Shown: positions 17,267-27,516, counted from the first letter of the stretch. The stretch: 64,000 nt of DNA from an uncultured Chloroflexia bacterium (GCA_963788145.1 CAWBFQ010000014.1:86954-150953); one strand, 5' to 3'. The notes: generated by a model not told the origin, from the letters alone. A program made the numbers and translations.

Positions 17267-18439
17267 ATGAAAACATCTCGCGAGCGCATCCTTGTGGTCG
17301 AAAGCGACCCCGAAATAAGTGACTTGGTCACCAGACAAACCCTCCAGGCGATGGGCTACCAGGTTCAAGTCGTCCGTACTGCGGCTTCTGCCCTCCAAGA
17401 GGTACGCCGTTATCTCCCAGATGTGATCCTGACAGACATGAGTTTTCCAGACCTGAGCGCCAAAGACATTCTTGTAGCTCTTTCGTCTCAAGGTATTGAA
17501 GCGCCAGTGATCGTCATTGCGCATCAGGGTATGGAAAATGATCTGATTCAGGCGTTTCGGTTGGGCGCCAACGATTACCTGATCTGGCCGATGCGTGAGG
17601 CGGAAGTCATCTCGGCGGTTGAACGAGTGTTGAAACAGGTGCGCTCTCGCCGAGAAAGAGAGACCCTGGCGCGCCAGTTAAAACAAACCAACAACGAACT
17701 CCAGCAGAGAGTGCGTGAGTTAACGACCATCTTTGCCATCGGAAAAGCGGTCATTTCAATTACCAATCAACGTGAACTCTTTGAAAAGATCGTTGAAGGC
17801 GCGGTCTATGTCACGGAGGCGGACTGCGGCTGGCTTTTACTGCGAGAGGAAAGGAATAAAACTTTCAACCTGGTTGCCCAACGCAACTTACCCAAGACGA
17901 TCGCAGTAAAAATGAACCAGCCCTGGGATGATGGAATTAGCTCACTGGTCGCCTTGTCAGGAGAAACTCTCTCGATTTCAGGTGAGCCTTTGACCCGATT
18001 TAAAGTGTCTCAGCTTGGGCAATCCACGCTGGTCGTACCTGTAAAGCTAAAGAAAGAAGTGGTCGGTCTGTTGGTTGTTGTCCGAAAAGCGCCAAACCCC
18101 TTCAGCCCCAGCAATAAAACTTTGCTCGAGGCGGTTGCAGATTATGCTTCGATCTCGCTGGTCAATGCGGGTTTGTTTCGGGCGCTTGAGGAACGTGCGC
18201 ACAAGATGCAGCAGGCGGCTGAAAAAGCCCTTGCCAACGAGCGCAGAAAAGACGAATCTCTGGAGAAGTTTAAGAAGGATATCTCTCCAAAACTAGAAAA
18301 AGCGATCCAGTCGATCAACTCGCTGCTTGTTGGAGAAGATGCCAGATTAAACGCTGCCCAGAAATCTGTTCTACGTACAACCCTGGAGCATATACGCAAT
18401 ACGGTAGGTGTTGTCAATAAATTTAAACCATCCGACTAG
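17267..18439 (+). CDS. atypical response regulator: receiver + GAF + degenerate DHp-like coiled coil
   Basis: The receiver has the phospho-acceptor Asp (VILTDMSFPD). The conserved Thr/Ser and Lys positions read IAH and IWP. A central GAF-like region follows, and no HTH output domain is present. Confidence 0.75.
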   Translation: MKTSRERILVVESDPEISDLVTRQTLQAMGYQVQVVRTAASALQEVRRYLPDVILTDMSFPDLSAKDILVALSSQGIEAPVIVIAHQGMENDLIQAFRLGANDYLIWPMREAEVISAVERVLKQVRSRRERETLARQLKQTNNELQQRVRELTTIFAIGKAVISITNQRELFEKIVEGAVYVTEADCGWLLLREERNKTFNLVAQRNLPKTIAVKMNQPWDDGISSLVALSGETLSISGEPLTRFKVSQLGQSTLVVPVKLKKEVVGLLVVVRKAPNPFSPSNKTLLEAVADYASISLVNAGLFRALEERAHKMQQAAEKALANERRKDESLEKFKKDISPKLEKAIQSINSLLVGEDARLNAAQKSVLRTTLEHIRNTVGVVNKFKPSD

Positions 18440-18508
18440 AGATCTTTCATCACAGGTAATCTTAACTCATAATCATGTCAGTGACGCTCTCCACATAATT
18501 GAAACCGT

Positions 18509-20434
18509 ATGGCTAACGAACATATTCTCATATTTTCATCTCTTCCGGAAGATAAAAAGTGGATTGAGCAAGAAGTTCTCTCGCTATCTGGTTTTCGGGT
18601 CACTCCTGTAACAGATTTGGGCCAGGCGGAGCAAATCCTGTTAACCGATCCTCCTGATATCATCATCCTTTGCGAGCAGTCGCAAGAACAAGCCTACCAG
18701 TCTTCTGCAAAATTCTTCCTCCAACGCGATCCTTTCTTGCCCCTGGTTCTTGCACCAGCTACTCATTCAGAAGAGTTGTTGATCGCAGCTTTCCAGTCCG
18801 GGTTTTGCGGTTATCTCAAACCACGCACTCCACCAGATCAGATGTTCCAGGTCATTCATGCGGGGCTGGAACGATGTAAAACATTAAAACTTCAGACGGA
18901 TCGATTAACATCACGGAATACCAAGTCGCTTCAGAAACGAATTAATGGTCTGGAAACCATCGCGCAGGTAAGCCGCAAAGTAACTGCCATTCTGGATCTT
19001 GACAGCGTGCTGACCGCCATTGTAGACGCAGCAGTAGATTTAAGCGGGGCAGAAGAAGGAAGCTTACTCCTCGTCGAAGAGAACAGCGGAGAATTGTTCA
19101 TTCGAGCGAGCCGCAATTTTCAGTCTGAGTTTGTTGATGCTTTTCGTTTACCCATCCACGATTCGCTCGCTGGTCAAGTTCTTAGCACCGGCAAGCCCAT
19201 CTTGCTCGATGAGAAAACGCCTCAAAAAATCAAGACCTCTTATCTGGTACATACATTAATTTATATGCCCATTGCCATTCAAGATCGCGTCATCGGTGTA
19301 CTCGAAGTGGATAACCGTGAGAGTGGAAAAACTTTTACGGATTATCATATGATGCTGCTATCCGCTCTTTCAGATTATGCCGCGATCGCCTTGGAGAATG
19401 CCCAGCTATATCATCGCTCTCAAAAAGAACGGAGCAAGATGGAGACGATCTTGACCGGGATCGAGGATGGCGTGATTGTCATTGGTTTTGATGGGCGCCT
19501 CATCCTCATCAACCGGAAAGCCCAACAGGCTTTCAACATTCAAGAAAAGGAACCAGCCGGGATGAGACTGCGGGATGTCATCAGCCACCAGGACCTGTTG
19601 GAGGTAGTACGGGATGAAAAGCTCACATCTCCCACCCGGGTAGAGCTCACTGTCGAAGATGGGCGTGTGCTCAATACCCAAATCACACCAATAGAAGGTG
19701 TGGGATTAGTTGTCATCATGCAAGACATCACTCAACTGAAAAACCTTGATCGGATCAAGTCCGATTTTGTTAATACCGTATCTCACGACCTGCGATCTCC
19801 GCTCACAGCAATTCTCGGTTATGTTGAACTCATCGACCGGGTTGGTCCCGTAAATAAACAGCAATTAGAATTCATTAACCGAATTCAGATCAGCGTACAC
19901 AGTATCACAGTCTTGATCAACGATTTATTGGATCTGGGCCGGATCGAAGCCGGTTTTGACACTCGTAAAGAAATTGTCCCTTTCTCGACGATTTTATACT
20001 ACACCATCGATGGCCTAAAAAACCGGTCCTCGGATAAAAACCAAAGCCTGATTATCGAAATGCAAGAGAGTCTTCCCAATGTGCTTGGAAACCCTGTTCG
20101 TTTGCGCCAGATGACTACCAATTTGCTTGCGAACGCCATTAAATATACCCAGGAAGGCGGCGAGGTGCGCGTCTCCGCTCACTCCGAAGCTGAACAAATC
20201 ATCCTGCAGGTTTCAGACAACGGCCCTGGCATTCCACCCAACGATCAACCTTACATATTCGACAAATTCTATCGAGGCAGTAATGTTCCCGCTGAATCAT
20301 CCGGATCCGGGCTGGGCTTGGCTATTGTCAAATCCATCGTGGAAAATCATCTAGGGCGAATCTGGGTCGATTCCACACCGGAGCATGGGACAACGTTTAC
20401 AGTAGTACTTCCAATTGTTGATAGCGAACTCTAA
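18509..20434 (+). CDS. sensor histidine kinase (pseudo-receiver-GAF-PAS-HisKA-HATPase)
   Basis: H box FVNTVSHDLRSPL, N box LLANAIKYT, G boxes DNGPGI and GSGLGLAIV. The N-terminal receiver-like fold has IILCEQ where the acceptor Asp is expected. Confidence 0.85.
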   Translation: MANEHILIFSSLPEDKKWIEQEVLSLSGFRVTPVTDLGQAEQILLTDPPDIIILCEQSQEQAYQSSAKFFLQRDPFLPLVLAPATHSEELLIAAFQSGFCGYLKPRTPPDQMFQVIHAGLERCKTLKLQTDRLTSRNTKSLQKRINGLETIAQVSRKVTAILDLDSVLTAIVDAAVDLSGAEEGSLLLVEENSGELFIRASRNFQSEFVDAFRLPIHDSLAGQVLSTGKPILLDEKTPQKIKTSYLVHTLIYMPIAIQDRVIGVLEVDNRESGKTFTDYHMMLLSALSDYAAIALENAQLYHRSQKERSKMETILTGIEDGVIVIGFDGRLILINRKAQQAFNIQEKEPAGMRLRDVISHQDLLEVVRDEKLTSPTRVELTVEDGRVLNTQITPIEGVGLVVIMQDITQLKNLDRIKSDFVNTVSHDLRSPLTAILGYVELIDRVGPVNKQQLEFINRIQISVHSITVLINDLLDLGRIEAGFDTRKEIVPFSTILYYTIDGLKNRSSDKNQSLIIEMQESLPNVLGNPVRLRQMTTNLLANAIKYTQEGGEVRVSAHSEAEQIILQVSDNGPGIPPNDQPYIFDKFYRGSNVPAESSGSGLGLAIVKSIVENHLGRIWVDSTPEHGTTFTVVLPIVDSEL

Positions 20435-20516
20435 GATCGTTTTTTCCTCAAAGACAAGTCCCCGCCAGGGTATTAAAGACGCCTAACGGGGACTATCGCC
20501 AAAGGAGGAAACAGCG

Positions 20517-20597
20517 ATGAGCAACTTGTTGTTGAAACCCCCAGATCACATCTATATTGATCATACAGGATATTGCATTCTCTCGGCATTGTCATAA
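20517..20597 (+). CDS. possible 26-aa small ORF (MSNLLLKPPDHIYIDHTGYCILSALS)
   Basis: The ATG is preceded by AAAGGAGGAA at optimal spacing, in an otherwise unassigned gap between convergent genes. There is no other support. Confidence 0.25.
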   Translation: MSNLLLKPPDHIYIDHTGYCILSALS

Positions 20598-20629
20598 ATC
20601 ACAGGATTGATATGATTTTATTCGCCTCT

Positions 20630-20649
20630 TTTGTGACAATTGTCACAAA
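20630..20649. promoter_or_regulatory. perfect 20-bp palindrome containing TGTGA-N6-TCACA (CRP-type consensus)
   Basis: TTTGTGACAATTGTCACAAA, read directly from the sequence. Confidence 0.4.
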
Positions 20650-20669
20650 TCGACTGGTTCTCTAAAATG

Positions 20670-21278
20670 TCACTGGCGATTCCGGCTCGCCCGTTGGCGC
20701 GCCCCTTGGGTTTGCAACCAGGCGCCGTGTAGCGAATCGATTTCTGTGCTAAGCTTCATCCAATCCGAAATTAACAGCACCAAGCCGGTTGATCGGGGGG
20801 AAAACATCTGGTGTGGAAGAAATAGCCGCAGGATCGTTGGATCCAATGGATACCCACGCATCTCAACAACAAGAACTGTTTGCCCATAATAAGGCTCCAG
20901 GAAATTTCGTTGAGACCAACTCGATTCTTGCGGTGCAAAAAGTTGTTGTACCAGCATGGGATGCACACTGAGCATGCGCCGGTAAGAAATTTTGAACCGC
21001 AGGAATGGTGTGACGAGGTGGATATAGCTATTTCCGGCCTGAACATATGCAAAATAACGACCGAAGAAGGCAGACAGGCTGATCAGCAATGCCAGCAAAG
21101 CAGTAGCAAAAAGCCAGATATCGCTGCTTAGACCGAGTATATCTCTCTCTTGGATTAATGACCACCACCCAACCATAATCAAAATCACCCCTAAAGCCAG
21201 GGTGTATTTCCATACCCGATCCATTGTGCGCCGGTACATTAATAAGGGATGACGCGATCCTTTTTTGGAGGTTTTCAT
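20670..21278 (-). CDS. hypothetical membrane protein
   Basis: Three TM helices. ATG 21278 has AGGAG 7 nt upstream, overlapping the stop codon of the upstream kinase gene, so the two are probably co-transcribed. Confidence 0.55.
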   Translation of the reverse strand: MKTSKKGSRHPLLMYRRTMDRVWKYTLALGVILIMVGWWSLIQERDILGLSSDIWLFATALLALLISLSAFFGRYFAYVQAGNSYIHLVTPFLRFKISYRRMLSVHPMLVQQLFAPQESSWSQRNFLEPYYGQTVLVVEMRGYPLDPTILRLFLPHQMFSPRSTGLVLLISDWMKLSTEIDSLHGAWLQTQGARQRASRNRQ

Positions 21279-21288
21279 ATTTATACTC

Positions 21289-23100
21289 CTACGCAAAATT
21301 CTCCTGAGCATCAGAAGGAAGCGCAAACCAAAATGTACTTCCTTGTCCCTCCAGGCTGGAAAAGCCTATCTCCCCCCTCATCAATTCAACCAGCGATTTT
21401 GTCAAACTCAACCCCAATCCCCATCCCTGTTCATCTCGAACAGCCGAATCTTCCGATCGAAAGAATTGGGTAAACAAACGGGTTTGATCTTGCGGGCTGA
21501 TTCCAATCCCGTTATCGCATATTTCCACCCGCACGTTGTCGTCCTGTGCGTAAGCCCGAACTCTGACTTCGGCGCCTGGAGGCGAATATTTGCACGCATT
21601 ATTGATCAGATTCATTAATATCTGAACCAATCGATTGGGATCTGCGACTATAGCGGGCAAATTGGATGGTATTTCCGTCAGGATAGTTTGGTTTTTTTCC
21701 AACAACTTTGGTTGTAGGCTCTCTATAATCTCTTCCACATATCCCACAAGAGAAACCTGCGCATACTGCAGACTAAGGCGTCCAGTCTCGATACGGGAAA
21801 TATCCGCCAAATCCGAAACCAGAGTTGCCATCCTTCCCACATTATTTCGAATCACCTGGATAAAACTGTGCTGTTGTTCGTTGAGAGTACCTGCAACCCC
21901 CTGACGGAGCAAGTCTGCATAGCCTTTGATCGAAGTCATTGGAACCCGTAACTCATGGGTTACTACAGAGACAAAACGCGATTTTGCCTGATTGGCTTGC
22001 TGGACGGCTTGATACAGCCGTGCATTCTCAATCGATGCAGCCGCCCGGCTGCAAAGATAACTAAGGAAGGTGGATTCGGCTGGACTGAAAGAATCCTTCC
22101 GTTCGAGAACCATCACGCCCAATGGTTTGCCGCTATGCAAAATTGGGATAGCCAACAGCGAACAACCGTCCTCGATCGATTCAGAGCACTGGAAGTTAAG
22201 TTCGTCTAATGCTCGGGTGACAAATGAATCAGCGGCGCGATGACAACCCGCCGGGTAACTATCTACTGACTGACCATCAGAACCATCATGATACAGAAGA
22301 ACCCAACCTTGATCTGCACGACTCACCTGCAGCGCCCATTGATGGGTAATCTCAATGACATGTTCATAATCCAGGCGCCTGTTTAATTCACGATCAAATC
22401 GCGCCAGGGTTTCCAGTTCCTCCACCCGGCGAGAAAGGTCTTGATCCGTGCGCGTATACAACCAGGCATTTTCAATAGCTACCGCAGCCTGAGAGGCGAA
22501 GGCATTTAATAATTCCAGATCGGCCTGGGTGAACAGCCCGGTCAAAACCCGGTTATCCACAAAAATCGCACCGATGGGTTTCCCGCGCGATAGCAGCGGA
22601 GAGCACATGATTGAACGGAGTGCATATAAGATCACCGATTCCCGATCGGAGAAGCGCGGGTCGGTGCGGGCATCGGTCGTCAATATACTATTGCCGCTTT
22701 GGAGAACCGTGTTGATTACCGTATGGCTGATTTCCATATCTTTTGACTGCAAGGTCTCCTGATCGTAATTTCGGGCAGCGCGCAGATTCCAAGTCTCGCC
22801 ATCCGCTTCCAGCAGAACGAGGAAACCCCGTTCAGCGTGTGTTAATCCAATCACCGCATCCATCACTTGAGTCAAAACCACATCCAGGTCAAGCGTGCTG
22901 CCCAATGTCGAAGAAACCCGGTACAATGCCGCCAAGCGGTTCTGTTCCTGATCGACATGCAGGTCCTGAGAAAAAATATCCAACTCTTGCAGCGAAGCAT
23001 GTAAAACCCTCTGAGCCTCGATGCTCATCGGCTGGCGGGTTAACGCTTGCAGAGAAACCTGCACGCGATTGATCTTGTCTTCTAGTGGATTGATGGGCAT
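21289..23100 (-). CDS. sensor histidine kinase with two GAF domains
   Basis: H box FVSVVTHELRVPM, N box LINNACKYS, G boxes DNGIGI and GWGLGLSL. Confidence 0.85.
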   Translation of the reverse strand: MPINPLEDKINRVQVSLQALTRQPMSIEAQRVLHASLQELDIFSQDLHVDQEQNRLAALYRVSSTLGSTLDLDVVLTQVMDAVIGLTHAERGFLVLLEADGETWNLRAARNYDQETLQSKDMEISHTVINTVLQSGNSILTTDARTDPRFSDRESVILYALRSIMCSPLLSRGKPIGAIFVDNRVLTGLFTQADLELLNAFASQAAVAIENAWLYTRTDQDLSRRVEELETLARFDRELNRRLDYEHVIEITHQWALQVSRADQGWVLLYHDGSDGQSVDSYPAGCHRAADSFVTRALDELNFQCSESIEDGCSLLAIPILHSGKPLGVMVLERKDSFSPAESTFLSYLCSRAAASIENARLYQAVQQANQAKSRFVSVVTHELRVPMTSIKGYADLLRQGVAGTLNEQQHSFIQVIRNNVGRMATLVSDLADISRIETGRLSLQYAQVSLVGYVEEIIESLQPKLLEKNQTILTEIPSNLPAIVADPNRLVQILMNLINNACKYSPPGAEVRVRAYAQDDNVRVEICDNGIGISPQDQTRLFTQFFRSEDSAVRDEQGWGLGLSLTKSLVELMRGEIGFSSLEGQGSTFWFALPSDAQENFA

Positions 23101-23136
23101 AGAGCAGATCCTCGTTGGATGCTTACAGCAGCCTGG

Positions 23137-23863
23137 TTAACCTTGCGGGTATTCCAAACGCGTTTCGGCAGAAACATCGCCCGGATAAGCGCTCCCCAGC
23201 TCGAGGCGAGATTGAACAGCATCGCACAATGTCTGCAATGGGCATTGAGCGCATTTTGGTTGGCGCGCCTGGCAGGTTTCTCGCCCAAGACGGATCAAGT
23301 TCAGGTGGAGTGGATAATAGGTCTCCGGCGGAAAAAGCCTGGCAAGGGTGTCATGGGCTTGATCGGCGTTGATTTTTTGCGGGCGTAAACCCAGCCGGCC
23401 GGTCACCCGGTAAATATGGGTATCGACGGGAAAGGCGGGTTTCGAGAGAGAAAAAAGCAAGACGATCGCAGCCGTCTTTGGGCCAACACCCTTGAAACTT
23501 AAAAGCCATTCTTTGGCCTGATCAACCGGCCAATCCTGCAAGAAATCCAGGTCGAGGGCGCCGCGTTGATCCGTAATTTCTCGCAACACCTGTTGGATGC
23601 GCGGGCCTTTTTGATTGGCAAGGCCAGCCGGTCGAATCGTCTCGATCACTACAGCAGGATCTGCATCCCGCAAATCCTCCCAGGTCGAAAACCGTTCGCG
23701 CGAGATTCTCGAAAGCCCGGTCCCGATTGGCATCATTGGTGTTCTGCGATAAGATGGTTGAAATAAGCTCATCCAAAGGCAGCAAGGGATTACGCCATTC
23801 CGGGTAGCCAAAATGTTCCAATAGTATTTTATGGACAAGCAAAGCTTTTTCGTCTAAATTCAT
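23137..23863 (-). CDS. nth: endonuclease III, frame broken by one extra base near 23701
   Basis: The N-terminal part (LISTILSQNTNDANRDRAFENL) is in ORF 23522..23863. The remainder is in ORF 23137..23838: RERFSTWEDL..., the FKGVGPKTAAIVLLF helix-hairpin-helix, PVDTHIYRV, and the CQARQPKCAQCPLQTLC Fe-S cluster. Confidence 0.85.
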
Positions 23864-23872
23864 GCCGCTATT

Positions 23873-24970
23873 TTATGAATTTGATTGGGCAACAGTCGAT
23901 CTTTCCAATTTGAATACTGGATAGGCCCGGCCAACTGGGATCATACGCCAGTTTTCCAACCTATATTCTGGGCCAAATGATTTGAGGGCCTCTTTTTCCG
24001 CCTCGGCGAGAACACCAAGCTGACATAACACTTCCATTGCCACAGCCGTGCGTACTTTTTTTCGGTCATCACCGTCGGCGATCTTTAAGGCAATCCCAAC
24101 CGCAGGGGATCCAGGACCAAGCGCTCCAGGCATCAGCCCAATTCCCTGGAACGCCTCCGCACCCGCTTTTGAGACAATCTTATCAGAAGCCAGGCGCATC
24201 AGGTTCGTATCAAATCGACCGGGGCCGCCTACCATCTCCGGGCTGGAGCGCATCGCCCGGGTAATCGCGCGGCAAGCATTTGCACGCTCTACAGGCCGAA
24301 CCAGCCCGGCATCCGGGTCGCACAAGCGAGCATAAGCCAGAGCCGCGTTGCGCAGCGGAATAGCAAAATTCGGCGCTGAACACCCATCAATTCCCAACTC
24401 GATCTTTTCAATCGGCAAATCACACATGTAGGCAAAAAGATTCAAGATCTCTGTTTGAATCGGATGAGACGGATCAATATATTCCAGATCCACAGGCATT
24501 TTTTCCCCAAAACTCTGCTTCAAGCGCACATAAGCCAGCATACCACTGTGTTTTCCAGAACAATTATGACGATTGGAGGTCGATTTTTCTTTATTCTCAC
24601 GCATTCGGTCGGCTGTGATTTTATCGAAAGGCTCATGCACTCCACATAGAAGCTCCGATTCGTTTATTCCAGCCTTCATCTGGATCGAGCGAATGGTATG
24701 CACATGCTCGTCTGTTCCAGAGTGCGAAGCGCAGAGAATCGCTTGTTCTGGTCCATTCAGATCAAAAGCCCTAGGACCATCATGTTCGTAAAAAGGAAGC
24801 GCCTGGAAAGGCTTAGCCGATGAGCGCAGAAAAGTCACAGCATCGGGGTCTCCATAGGATGCCAGTAAATTTCCGGCAATATCGACAACAGCAACAGCGC
24901 CGTTGTGGATAAATTCTACAGTCACACCACGGGTCAATTCAAAAATGGGTAAATAGGGTGATTGGGGCAT
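23873..24970 (-). CDS. asparaginase, type II (Rhizobium-type) family
   Basis: FLRSSAKPFQALPF, ASHSGTDEHV and NCSGKHSGML motifs. ATG 24970 (MPQSPYLPIF...). Confidence 0.7.
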   Translation of the reverse strand: MPQSPYLPIFELTRGVTVEFIHNGAVAVVDIAGNLLASYGDPDAVTFLRSSAKPFQALPFYEHDGPRAFDLNGPEQAILCASHSGTDEHVHTIRSIQMKAGINESELLCGVHEPFDKITADRMRENKEKSTSNRHNCSGKHSGMLAYVRLKQSFGEKMPVDLEYIDPSHPIQTEILNLFAYMCDLPIEKIELGIDGCSAPNFAIPLRNAALAYARLCDPDAGLVRPVERANACRAITRAMRSSPEMVGGPGRFDTNLMRLASDKIVSKAGAEAFQGIGLMPGALGPGSPAVGIALKIADGDDRKKVRTAVAMEVLCQLGVLAEAEKEALKSFGPEYRLENWRMIPVGRAYPVFKLERSTVAQSNS

Positions 24971-25029
24971 ATCGTCGCATGGATCTTTCTTTTGAATGAA
25001 AAAAAGGAAAAGCAAATCGGGCAATACGT

Positions 25030-25905
25030 TTACTGCTCTTCCTCCTCGATTTCGGGTTGACCGATCACACTGGATGGTCGGAACCTGCGAGCATAATACT
25101 GGTGCAACCCATATCTCAAACGGGTCAGATAAAGGTCACGCAGCTTGCCAACGACTGGATACTTTGAGACCCATTTTGCAGCCAGCTCCTGAGTGACATC
25201 AGTTGGGGCGTTCTTTGCCCCCAAATTCTCGATTTGGTCGTAGATTTCCTTGAGTTGCCTGGATAGTATCCGGATTTCATCGGCTTTTACCAATCCGCCG
25301 CGCCCGCTCACAATCGCAAAATCAGAATATGTCTTGGACAGCAGATTCAGGCTTTCGATCCAGACCGGCAAGTTTGCTTGCGCCAAGAACGGAGGCTGAT
25401 TCATCAAAACCGAATCCCCCACAAAGATCGTCTTCGCTTCTGGAACCAGCACCCAAACCGCCCCGGGGGTGGAGCCAGATTGATGCTCCAAGATGACCTC
25501 GGGACCGCCCCAATACAGGCACATCTTATCCGAAAAGGTGATATCTGGGGAAGCCCAGCGCATCCCGATTGAATCGCTATAGGTTTCCCAGACAGAACCG
25601 GTTTCAACATTTAATCCCTTGAATATCGTTGGCCTGTTTCGGAACACCGGCGATGCCTTCTGATGCGCCACAATCGTGCACTCCAATGACCGCGTACCCA
25701 AGGTCCGGTCTGGATGTGTATCCAAACTGACCAGCAGCCGGTTTGACCCACCGCGATAATTATTGAGCGTAGCCCGCCAGGAGCGAGCATCCTCTCCCCG
25801 CAGTGGAGCATCAATTGCGATCACGCCATACGGATATATTAATGCGCCAACGGTGACGCCCAAATAGGAATTTTCGAAATAGACGCCTTGTGTAATTTGC
25901 TGCAT
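25030..25905 (-). CDS. MBL-fold protein with degenerate metal-binding motif
   Basis: N-terminal beta-lactamase-fold pattern (GVYFENSYLGVTVGALIYPYGVIAIDAP). The HxHxDH position reads DTHPDR. Confidence 0.55.
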   Translation of the reverse strand: MQQITQGVYFENSYLGVTVGALIYPYGVIAIDAPLRGEDARSWRATLNNYRGGSNRLLVSLDTHPDRTLGTRSLECTIVAHQKASPVFRNRPTIFKGLNVETGSVWETYSDSIGMRWASPDITFSDKMCLYWGGPEVILEHQSGSTPGAVWVLVPEAKTIFVGDSVLMNQPPFLAQANLPVWIESLNLLSKTYSDFAIVSGRGGLVKADEIRILSRQLKEIYDQIENLGAKNAPTDVTQELAAKWVSKYPVVGKLRDLYLTRLRYGLHQYYARRFRPSSVIGQPEIEEEEQ

Positions 25906-25938
25906 GTTAACTCTGCACCTTCTTCGTCCACTGGCCGC

Positions 25939-27516
25939 TTAATGTGCGATAGGGATCGTAAAAATGAATTTCGAACCATTCGCTGGTTGGCTTTCTACCC
26001 TGATCTCGCCGCCATGCCCCGAGACCGCCAGCCGGCAATAAGCCAGCCCCAGCCCCAGCCCGCGCGGACCATCTTTGGCGGAGAGGCGAGTGAACTTCTC
26101 AAAGATCCGCTCTTGTTCAGCCGATGGTATTCCGCAGCCGGTATCACTCACTGTAAATTCCACAAAATCGCCCATCGTTTGCGTGCTGATATGGATTTTA
26201 CCCTCTGCTGGCGTAAATTTGATTGCATTCTCCAGCAGATTAATAAGAACTCGCCGGACCATATCTGCATCTGCAAAAATCTCGGGCAAATCGGGCGCAG
26301 CATCCCTGGTTAGCACCTGGCCTTTGTTGTTGGCGTTAGGCAGAACCGCTTCCACTGCATCTGAGATCAGGCTATTTGGGTCCGTAGGTTGGCGATTCCC
26401 TACAGGTTGCCCGGCCTCTAATCGGTTGATATCCAAAAGGGAATTCGTCAAGCGTTGAATCCGGTCCGTGGACCGAGATGCAATCGACAAAAGGGAATGG
26501 ACGGTATCATCCTCCGCTTGAGGAGATATGGCGGATAGAACCTCCAGACTAGAGACGATATTTGCCAAAGGAGAACGCAAATCATGGTAGACCATCGCAA
26601 TCAAATCTTCACGCATATGGTCCAGGTCTTTTCGCTCGGTAATATCCCGCAGAATCCATTGCAGTTGAGACCCACTACCTTCCTGAATACTGCGCACATA
26701 AGCTTGGATGGGGATCTTGCGCCCCTCACTGGCATGGATCAGTGATTCATAAGTAAAAGTCTCGCCCTTCGAAAGATTCTTAAAGTTTACCCCTAACTTG
26801 GTAAAATCCGCGTCGTGCAAGTCGCAAATATTCATCCCCAGAATTTCCTGATGTCCCAGCCCGATCGAGACCTGCGCCCGGCGGTTTACCTCAATAATTT
26901 TCCCGTCCCATTCGCTAATTATGATTGGATCGATACTATCTTCAAACAATTCACGATAGCGCCGGTGAGCGGCCTGTAGACATTCGTACAATTGAGCATT
27001 TCGGATGGCCGTCCCGGCTTGATCTGCGATCGCCTTAACCAAATCCAAATGGGCAGATGTGAAATACCCTGGTTGTGGATGGACAAGCGTGATGACCCCG
27101 ACTAATTTTTTACGCGCCAGTATTGGAGCGCTAACCGCCGACTTTGCGCCCGTCTGACCTTCTGCATCATCCGGTCTGCGCAGCCAGCGCTCATCCTTGC
27201 TGGTATCCGGGATCAATACCTCTTCCTGGTGGCGCGCAACCCAACCAGCCATCCCGCGTTCATAAGTCACCCGCAACTGTAGGGCGGTATGGTCGTGCGT
27301 TTTGCCAACCAACAGGAATGCAAACTCAACCGGCTGGCCTGTTTCATCGGTAACGATGATACTGCCGCTGATTGCCCCGACATTCTTCATTGAAAGGAAA
27401 AGCAAGCGCTGAAGGATGGTATGCAAGTCTAAAGCGGCTGCTACTTCGCGCCCCACCTCATAGAGCAGCTTTAACGATGCATGCGCACTCCCACTTCCTT
27501 TCTCTTTAGTTGACAT
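25939..27516 (-). CDS. sensor histidine kinase (GAF-PAS-HisKA-HATPase)
   Basis: H box MVYHDLRSPL, N box LLENAIKFT, G boxes DTGCGI and GLGLGLAY. Confidence 0.85.
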   Translation of the reverse strand: MSTKEKGSGSAHASLKLLYEVGREVAAALDLHTILQRLLFLSMKNVGAISGSIIVTDETGQPVEFAFLLVGKTHDHTALQLRVTYERGMAGWVARHQEEVLIPDTSKDERWLRRPDDAEGQTGAKSAVSAPILARKKLVGVITLVHPQPGYFTSAHLDLVKAIADQAGTAIRNAQLYECLQAAHRRYRELFEDSIDPIIISEWDGKIIEVNRRAQVSIGLGHQEILGMNICDLHDADFTKLGVNFKNLSKGETFTYESLIHASEGRKIPIQAYVRSIQEGSGSQLQWILRDITERKDLDHMREDLIAMVYHDLRSPLANIVSSLEVLSAISPQAEDDTVHSLLSIASRSTDRIQRLTNSLLDINRLEAGQPVGNRQPTDPNSLISDAVEAVLPNANNKGQVLTRDAAPDLPEIFADADMVRRVLINLLENAIKFTPAEGKIHISTQTMGDFVEFTVSDTGCGIPSAEQERIFEKFTRLSAKDGPRGLGLGLAYCRLAVSGHGGEIRVESQPANGSKFIFTIPIAH

